Source of the DNA: a virus
Length of the DNA stretch: 46,667 nucleotides
Reading direction: 5' to 3' (one strand)
Virus record (IMG/VR): IMGVR_UViG_3300032893_000002
Location: 1 to 46,667 of that record
Position numbers and translations under genes: made by a program. The notes under the pieces are model-generated. The model was not told the DNA's origin and made no database searches. It was given only the letters and a program-made list of their open reading frames with translations. How positions within the stretch are numbered: position 1 is the first letter of the stretch; the number at the start of each line of letters is the position of its first letter. This document shows, one piece after another, positions 41,104 to 46,667 of the stretch.

Positions 41104-41466
41104 ATGGGACAGTATAGAGATGAACGAGGAGTCATTGCAGATCTTATTCCCAATATTATTGGTCAAGGGATAAATTCTGTAACGGCAATCGCATCGTTCA
41201 AAGGAGCAGTGCGCGGAAATCATTTTCACAAAGAAACAGATCAGTGGACATACATAGTTAGCGGAAAGACTCGAGTTGTTAGTATTATCAATGGGCAGCT
41301 TATAGATGCAGTTTACAATGCCAGAGAACTAATAATGCATCCCGCGGGAACGCCGCATGCTTTCGAAGCCATAGAAGATACAGAATGGCTTGTTTTTGCT
41401 AAAGGACCAAGAGCGGGCGATAATTATGAATTAGATACATTCCGGCTAGAAATTCCGCTAATATGA
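41104..41466 (+). CDS. small cupin-fold protein (120 aa; could be a sugar isomerase/epimerase)
   Basis: AVRGNHFHKETDQWTYIVSGK and MHPAGTPHAF form a two-motif cupin metal site; about 120 aa as in WxcM-C/FdtA-type cupins. Confidence 0.45.
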   Translation: MGQYRDERGVIADLIPNIIGQGINSVTAIASFKGAVRGNHFHKETDQWTYIVSGKTRVVSIINGQLIDAVYNARELIMHPAGTPHAFEAIEDTEWLVFAKGPRAGDNYELDTFRLEIPLI

Positions 41467-42197
41467 AAGCGATTAAAAAGACAATCTATACGTTAAACGT
41501 TAATAGCTATTCTGAGAAAATTACTGCTTTAACGTATCCTTTTATTCGAGATTATGCAGAAAAGATAGGCGCGGCCTTTCATATTATTAAAGATAGAAAA
41601 TTTCCTGACTGGCCCATAACATATGAAAAGCTCCAGATTTATGAACTTGGCCAAGAAAATGATTGGTCGATATACGTAGATAGTGACGCACTTATTCATC
41701 CGGATACTATTGACTTTACGACCTTACTAAAGAAAGATACAGTTTGCCATTTTGGTAAAGATTTGGCAGGAAATAGATGGAAGTACGACAACTACTTCTT
41801 ACGTGATGGTAGAAATATTAGTTCATGTAACTGGTTTACAATCTCGTCAGATTGGTGTATAGATCTTTGGAAACCAACTGAGCAAACATTTGGAGAAGTT
41901 TTAGCACAAATTCATCCAGTTTTAGCTGAACAGAAAGCAGGCATTCTTGCTCCGCATCTAGTAGATGACTACGTGTTAAGCAGAAATATTGCAAAGTACG
42001 GATTAAAATTTACTACATGTAAAGATATACTGGATGATGTAGATTGCGGTAATCCAGGGAAAGATAATTACTTTTTTCATGAGTATTTAGTTCCAGAAGA
42101 AAGAAAGGTTAGTTTGATAAAAGAGCGACTCAAGTTATGGGGTCTTGCTCCATGGTATTTTGATATTCCAGAAATAGTAACAAAAGGTGCATTTTAA
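41463..42197 (+). CDS. putative glycosyltransferase-like protein (244 aa)
   Basis: SIYVDSDALIHPD DxD-type motif after hydrophobic strand; weak. Confidence 0.3.
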   Translation: MKAIKKTIYTLNVNSYSEKITALTYPFIRDYAEKIGAAFHIIKDRKFPDWPITYEKLQIYELGQENDWSIYVDSDALIHPDTIDFTTLLKKDTVCHFGKDLAGNRWKYDNYFLRDGRNISSCNWFTISSDWCIDLWKPTEQTFGEVLAQIHPVLAEQKAGILAPHLVDDYVLSRNIAKYGLKFTTCKDILDDVDCGNPGKDNYFFHEYLVPEERKVSLIKERLKLWGLAPWYFDIPEIVTKGAF

Positions 42198-42205
42198 GGA
42201 GACGA

Positions 42206-42856
42206 ATGCTTCTTCCTGCGGAAGATATAGGTAAAAGTTATCTACTTGTCGGCATTCCAGCCTGCGGACGAGCTACAACAGTTCGTTGGTCGATCAATCT
42301 AGCTTCGCAGATTTATCCATTGAGTATGTCTTTCAATTATTTGAAAGTACAAGGCGCCGAAGCTGGCGATGCTAGGAATAGAATAGCTGATTTTGTAAAA
42401 GAAAGTAAAGCAAAGTTATTATGGATGGTCGACGATGATGTTCTTCCGCCACAATACGCAGTACAGAAATTGCTGTACGCAATGGTAGCAAAACCAAAGG
42501 TGTTAGCATGTGCTGGAATAGTTTATACAAAAACTCCAATTCCTGAACCTTTGGTATTTGCACATGATGGCGCTGGAGCATACCGCAATTGGAAGCAAGG
42601 TGAAATTTTCGAGGTGCCGGGCTTTATTAGTACAGGATGCATGTTAGTAAAAGCTGAAGCTTTTGAGAAGTTAGAATATCCATGGTTTAAGACAACTGAC
42701 TACCCGGATAAAATGACAGAAGATGCGTATTTCTGTTTAAAAGCAAGAGATGCGGGATATAAAATTCTTGCGCACGGCGGCGTATTGTGCGGGCATTATG
42801 ATTTTAGAACTAAGAAAGTGATTAAAGCTCCGAAGGAGTTATCGTTAATATCATGA
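42206..42856 (+). CDS. putative GT2-like glycosyltransferase, paralog A (216 aa)
   Basis: WMVDDDVLP (DxD) and TEDAYFCLKARDAGYKIL (ED...GYKI) GT2-like pair; about 30% identical to next ORF. Confidence 0.4.
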   Translation: MLLPAEDIGKSYLLVGIPACGRATTVRWSINLASQIYPLSMSFNYLKVQGAEAGDARNRIADFVKESKAKLLWMVDDDVLPPQYAVQKLLYAMVAKPKVLACAGIVYTKTPIPEPLVFAHDGAGAYRNWKQGEIFEVPGFISTGCMLVKAEAFEKLEYPWFKTTDYPDKMTEDAYFCLKARDAGYKILAHGGVLCGHYDFRTKKVIKAPKELSLIS

Positions 42857-43491
42857 GCGATAAAGTAGGATTCGGCGCAAATAAGTTAATAATTAGCGTT
42901 CCTCCGTGTGAGACTCCGGCAACAGTTGATTGGGCAATCAACCTAGCTACTCAGTATTGGCCATTAGGCATTTGTCGTGAATTTACTTCGCAGGAAGGTC
43001 TAGGCGACGATTTAGATCTTCTTCGCAATCATACTGCGGGATACGCTTTAGCAACAAAAGCAAGATATATTTGGTTTTTATCGGAACGTTGTTTACCTCC
43101 AAATTGGGCAGTTCATCGGTTACTAGAAGCTATGCGTACAGATCCGAAGATTATGATTTGTGCTGGGGTTAGTCGGACAAATACGCCAGATTCTATCGAC
43201 TATAATGAAGAAGTAGCATTATTTAAAGATGAGCAAGGCAATGAGTTCGAAGTTCTGTCACTAAAACGTAATAATTACGTAGGTTTAGAATGTACAATCG
43301 TTCGCGCTGAATTGTTTGATGTTTTGCCCGAGCCTTGGTTTAAATCGAACGATCTTGTTAAATCTAATGCCTTGCTAAGCTATAAAGCGATAGAAGAAGG
43401 ATTTAAAGTTTGTGTACATTCTGGTGTAATGTGTGGTCATGTTGATGAATCTGGCAGAGCGATTTGGCCTAGTGAGGTACTTGTTGCATGA
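42853..43491 (+). CDS. putative GT2-like glycosyltransferase, paralog B (212 aa)
   Basis: Collinear with previous ORF (V..P.C...TV.W.INLA.Q..PL...KI..CAG...T.TP); ATGA overlap. Confidence 0.4.
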   Translation: MSDKVGFGANKLIISVPPCETPATVDWAINLATQYWPLGICREFTSQEGLGDDLDLLRNHTAGYALATKARYIWFLSERCLPPNWAVHRLLEAMRTDPKIMICAGVSRTNTPDSIDYNEEVALFKDEQGNEFEVLSLKRNNYVGLECTIVRAELFDVLPEPWFKSNDLVKSNALLSYKAIEEGFKVCVHSGVMCGHVDESGRAIWPSEVLVA

Positions 43492-44234
43492 GAGATTTAA
43501 CTATTGTAGCTCCCGCATACTACCCAGATTTTCTTAAGTGCGGAATGCTTATTGATTCATGCAAACATTTTAAACTGAATTTGCATTTGTATGGACAAGG
43601 AGAAGAATGGCCTTGGTATTTTAATGCCAAAGTTATTCAACTAGCCAAAGAACTTGAGCAAATTGATTCAGAATATATAATGGTATGCGATGCAGATGAT
43701 GCATTTGTAATGGCATACGAATCTGAAATAATGCATAAATATACAAATATAACAAGTAAAATTCTTGTATCAGCTGATCGTATTGGAAAAGGAGATGAAT
43801 TATTTCCGCAATGCCTATTTCGTGATTTATATCCCCCATCAACAACGCCTTGGCGTTACTGTAACTCAGGCGGATATATAGGCAAGAAAGCAAACATATT
43901 AGATCTTTTACAAACAATGGCAAGTACTGAAGAAGCATCTTTTATTCCAGTATGGAGAAGTAAAGATTGGAGTAACGATCAATTTCGCATGTCTGTTTGT
44001 TTCTTAAATGGATACGACTTGAAGATTGATACAGAATGTAAAGTTTTTCAAACAATGGGGTGTATCGAACCTCACGAATATAAGTGGGGACCTCCAAATG
44101 GAGTTCGTACTGTAACGCAGTATTTTTTAAATACGGTAACGCATTCTTATCCATGCGTTATTCATTTCAATGGCAATGCGCCTGGAATAAAAGAGGCTTA
44201 CGATAGATGCTTCGAGCTGGCAACTACTCAATAA
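43488..44234 (+). CDS. putative glycosyltransferase-like protein (248 aa)
   Basis: YIMVCDADDAF DxD-type motif; ATGA overlap with previous gene. Confidence 0.3.
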   Translation: MRDLTIVAPAYYPDFLKCGMLIDSCKHFKLNLHLYGQGEEWPWYFNAKVIQLAKELEQIDSEYIMVCDADDAFVMAYESEIMHKYTNITSKILVSADRIGKGDELFPQCLFRDLYPPSTTPWRYCNSGGYIGKKANILDLLQTMASTEEASFIPVWRSKDWSNDQFRMSVCFLNGYDLKIDTECKVFQTMGCIEPHEYKWGPPNGVRTVTQYFLNTVTHSYPCVIHFNGNAPGIKEAYDRCFELATTQ

Positions 44235-44470
44235 TTTCTGATCCTGATGGACACAGAGTTGAACGTGATAATTTTACATGTGGGCATTGTGGTAAAATAG
44301 TTTTTGTCAAACCAGGACAACGTGGAGAGGACGTTGGAGGTATGTGTAAACTATGCTACAACCTTATTTGCGGAGAATGTGTTGATTTGCTTGTTTGTGA
44401 ACCATTAGAACGTAAATTAGAAAGAGACGAAAAACGAGAGAGATTTTTACGGCAAGCAGGGTTATTATGA
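44207..44470 (+). CDS. zinc-ribbon protein (87 aa)
   Basis: CGHCG...CKLCYNLICGEC; overlaps previous gene by 28 nt, so the true start may be internal. Confidence 0.35.
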   Translation: MLRAGNYSIISDPDGHRVERDNFTCGHCGKIVFVKPGQRGEDVGGMCKLCYNLICGECVDLLVCEPLERKLERDEKRERFLRQAGLL

Positions 44471-44775
44471 TTTATAATCTATTTCTATATATTGCGCTCG
44501 GCCATTTTGTATTAGCTCAAGGACCACAACATTCGGCAACATTGCAATGGGTTCCTTCTCCTACACAAGGAGTAACTGCTACTTATATCTACAGGGCCAA
44601 ATCTCCGTGTACCAGTTTTGCAAAGAAAGCGCAAGTGAGTAATAATATCACAATGTGGATAGATACAAGTGTGACACAAACAAAAACGTATTGTTACTAT
44701 GTCACAGGACATTGTCCAAAATGTAGTCCACAAGATTCAAATCCTTCAAATAAAGTACAAATTAAGATTCCATAG
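44467..44775 (+). CDS. secreted FN3-like protein, paralog A (102 aa)
   Basis: N-terminal signal-like hydrophobic stretch ending LAQG; ATLQWVPSPTQGVTATYIY...KTYCYYVTGHCPKCSPQDS collinear with next ORF. Confidence 0.45.
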   Translation: MIYNLFLYIALGHFVLAQGPQHSATLQWVPSPTQGVTATYIYRAKSPCTSFAKKAQVSNNITMWIDTSVTQTKTYCYYVTGHCPKCSPQDSNPSNKVQIKIP

Positions 44776-44783
44776 GAGAAAAT

Positions 44784-45137
44784 ATGAAGAAATTTGCTTT
44801 TCTATTCACTTTACTTTTTGCGTCTGCCTGCTTTGCGCAGAATACGCATACTGCAACTTTAACATGGAGCCAGTCGCCATCTTCGGGCGTTACAAGTAAT
44901 AATGTGTACTTTTCTACAACAAAGGGCGGACCTTATACTTCTGTATTTTCATCTGCATCGCCCATCACGACATATACAGTAACAAATTTGGCGCCAGCCA
45001 CAACATACTATTTTGTTGTGACTGCTGTTTGCGCAACGTGTAGTCCACAAGAATCAGCATATTCAAATGAAGCATCTGCAACAACAAAGAACGGACAGCC
45101 GCAATCGCCGTCGAGTTTAACAGTTACTGCTAACTAG
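44784..45137 (+). CDS. secreted fibronectin-type-III-like protein, paralog B (117 aa)
   Basis: Signal peptide MKKFAFLFTLLFASACFAQ; FN3 pattern ATLTWSQSPSSGVTSNNVYFS...TTYTVTNLAPATTYYFVVTAV; shared CxTCSPQES motif. Confidence 0.5.
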   Translation: MKKFAFLFTLLFASACFAQNTHTATLTWSQSPSSGVTSNNVYFSTTKGGPYTSVFSSASPITTYTVTNLAPATTYYFVVTAVCATCSPQESAYSNEASATTKNGQPQSPSSLTVTAN

Positions 45138-45147
45138 TGAGGATTCA

Positions 45148-46530
45148 GTGAGAAACAGTTTATTACTCTTAATGCTTTCTTGTTTTGCTGCTGCACAAGC
45201 TCCTACAACGTATTCCGTTGCAAGAACTGATGTAGCAGTGACACAACTCCCAAACCCTATGCCAAAATGGGGTCCAACAGGGCTAGGGCAGAAGTACTGT
45301 AATCCTGCGTTTAATGGAATATGCATTATCCGCCTAACAGATAGTACATCCTTTTCGAACAAAGGATCTGGTGTATCTGTAGAAGATGGAAAAGAAAATC
45401 CATTTTCGAAAGATAGCAAATTTATAATGGTTTCTTCACCAAACGGTTCATCAAAAATCATTTCGTTTAATCCAAAGAAAGAAACAGTAGGGACTACTCC
45501 AACAGTATTCACAAATGGGCCTGCTGAATTTTCTTATAATACTACAGGCGTTGCATTCCAAAGACAGAATAAAACGCAAATTTACAAACTCTCAACTAAG
45601 AATAATTGGACGACTTATACAAGTGTGCTCGTATACGATTTTAAGAACTGTTTGCCTGCAGGATATAATCCTTCCTGGGTAAGTTCGTGGAATGTATCCA
45701 CATCTGATACTTCGTTTGTATCTATTTACTCAAATAATGGCGGGCAAGGTTCAGGCGGAAATGTTGTAGCTTATAGAAAAGGCATAGGTTGCGCAACATT
45801 AAATACGTTAACAGGACAAGTAACTGATTTTAGCGGAAAGTCTTTGGGAACGTTTGATGATGGTGCTAATCCTTTGCCAGATAGATTCGTTGTTCATGAT
45901 GGAGGAACAGGGAAAAATGCGAATGTAATGAATATTGGTTATTCTGTACAAGATAACAGTTGGTCAGGTAAAGGAACATCGGGATGTAAGGCTGGAAATT
46001 GCGCAGATGATACTCCATATTTTTGGGAAATTGGTACTACGCATTTACGGCCATGTGGGCCATATAAGTGTGGGGGACACGGAGATTCAGGTCAGCAGCA
46101 TTATGCAGATGGCAAAAATTTAATGTTGCATTTGCTACTAAATCCTTCCCAACCGCTTTTAAAACTAGCAAAATTACCATGCTGTGGATATGATTTTCAA
46201 GGTAGTTGGAATAATGCAGATTCTACAGATGAACAACCATTAGGAGGCGTTACATCATTAGTAACAAATGTCCCGGGACCTCCATTCAACGGCCCTTATG
46301 AGGATGAAATTTTTGCTGTAGCTTCTGATGGAAGTAAAACTTGGCGATTTGGCCAGACTTTGAATACCGGAATGTCGCCGTACTATATTTGTCAAAATGC
46401 GCACACTGCATTTAGTTCAGATGGGCATTGGGCACTTTTCTCGTCAGATATGGGCGGAAATGGAGCATTAGGGTACGAAGCAGATGGGGTAACGTCACGC
46501 TGCGATGCATTTCTTATGGAGTTGAAGTAA
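45148..46530 (+). CDS. large secreted protein (460 aa), possible receptor-binding / tail-associated protein
   Basis: Signal peptide MRNSLLLLMLSCFAAAQA; Gly/Ser/Thr/Asn-rich beta composition; no catalytic motif recognised. Confidence 0.45.
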   Translation: MRNSLLLLMLSCFAAAQAPTTYSVARTDVAVTQLPNPMPKWGPTGLGQKYCNPAFNGICIIRLTDSTSFSNKGSGVSVEDGKENPFSKDSKFIMVSSPNGSSKIISFNPKKETVGTTPTVFTNGPAEFSYNTTGVAFQRQNKTQIYKLSTKNNWTTYTSVLVYDFKNCLPAGYNPSWVSSWNVSTSDTSFVSIYSNNGGQGSGGNVVAYRKGIGCATLNTLTGQVTDFSGKSLGTFDDGANPLPDRFVVHDGGTGKNANVMNIGYSVQDNSWSGKGTSGCKAGNCADDTPYFWEIGTTHLRPCGPYKCGGHGDSGQQHYADGKNLMLHLLLNPSQPLLKLAKLPCCGYDFQGSWNNADSTDEQPLGGVTSLVTNVPGPPFNGPYEDEIFAVASDGSKTWRFGQTLNTGMSPYYICQNAHTAFSSDGHWALFSSDMGGNGALGYEADGVTSRCDAFLMELK

Positions 46531-46531
46531 C

Positions 46532-46667
46532 GTGCGTAAATTTATTTTTATTGATAAAAAATCTGGAGATGATGCCAATGATGGATTATCTCCAGATAAG
46601 CCACGACGGACGTTTCTAGCGTCCACTTCAGATATCATTTATGAAATAGCAGATACCAGAATAACAT
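46532..46667 (+). CDS. 5' end of a gene for a right-handed beta-helix (pectin-lyase-fold, tailspike/depolymerase-like) protein; partial
   Basis: GTG start 3 nt after previous stop; VRKFIFIDKKSGDDANDGLSPDKPRRTFLAS matches the common N-terminal G-x-D-x-N-D-G-(S/T)-x-x-x-P-x-x-T signature of beta-helix proteins; runs off window. Confidence 0.35.
   Translation, partial: MRKFIFIDKKSGDDANDGLSPDKPRRTFLASTSDIIYEIADTRIT

Noticed and set aside
1-46667. tRNA, rRNA, CRISPR arrays, integrase/attachment sites, transposases
   Set aside because: Scanned intergenic regions for T-loop-like GGTTCGA/TTCGAAT contexts with flanking stems, for regular repeat-spacer arrays and for tyrosine/serine recombinase motifs. 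None found. The only regular repeats are the three 14-mers at 10749-10806, which are too few and too short for CRISPR.

Overview
The whole window reads as phage or prophage DNA with two divergently transcribed arms that meet in an AT-rich promoter region at about 8.8-9.0 kb. I found no tRNA, rRNA, CRISPR array, integrase or recognisable host gene.

Arm 1 (1-8810, minus strand, about 50% GC, strong GGAGG-type Shine-Dalgarno (SD) sites) is a dense run of about 28 small ORFs of unknown function, typical of phage early or accessory genes. It includes a paralog pair, several CxxC mini-proteins, a possible HNH-like nuclease and two tiny membrane proteins.

Arm 2 (9011-end, plus strand, about 32-45% GC) opens with a very AT-rich island (9.0-10.85 kb). 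That island ends in three direct repeats of ATGCGCAATCAAAA.

Next comes a nucleotide-metabolism and possible RNA-repair block: a CX5R phosphatase, dCMP deaminase, a KxDG nucleotidyltransferase resembling RNA ligase, MazG, an HD hydrolase and a SAM methyltransferase.

The head-morphogenesis module follows:
- TerS, then a GIY-YIG homing endonuclease.
- TerL, split by a 424-aa LAGLIDADG intein inserted exactly between K and T of the Walker-A GKT.
- Glycosyltransferases, with a decayed GIY-YIG remnant.
- A putative portal, then an S78-like prohead protease carrying metallothionein-like Cys repeats.
- A second GIY-YIG endonuclease, then a His-rich scaffold-like protein.
- A 655-aa putative major capsid protein and a Thr/Ala-rich decoration-like protein.

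Directly downstream is the most unusual part: a deoxysugar-tailoring and glycosyltransferase cassette. It has GT2-like proteins, an SDR NDP-sugar epimerase/dehydratase, a Zn-ribbon NDP-hexose C-methyltransferase and a small cupin. It is followed by signal-peptide FN3-type paralogs, a 460-aa secreted protein and the N-terminus of a beta-helix (tailspike-like) gene.

Two further oddities are short peptide segments of the putative capsid protein that recur in otherwise unrelated proteins. One is in the methyltransferase and one is in the protease. The second GT block, with a CxxCxxCC protein, sits next to the terminase.
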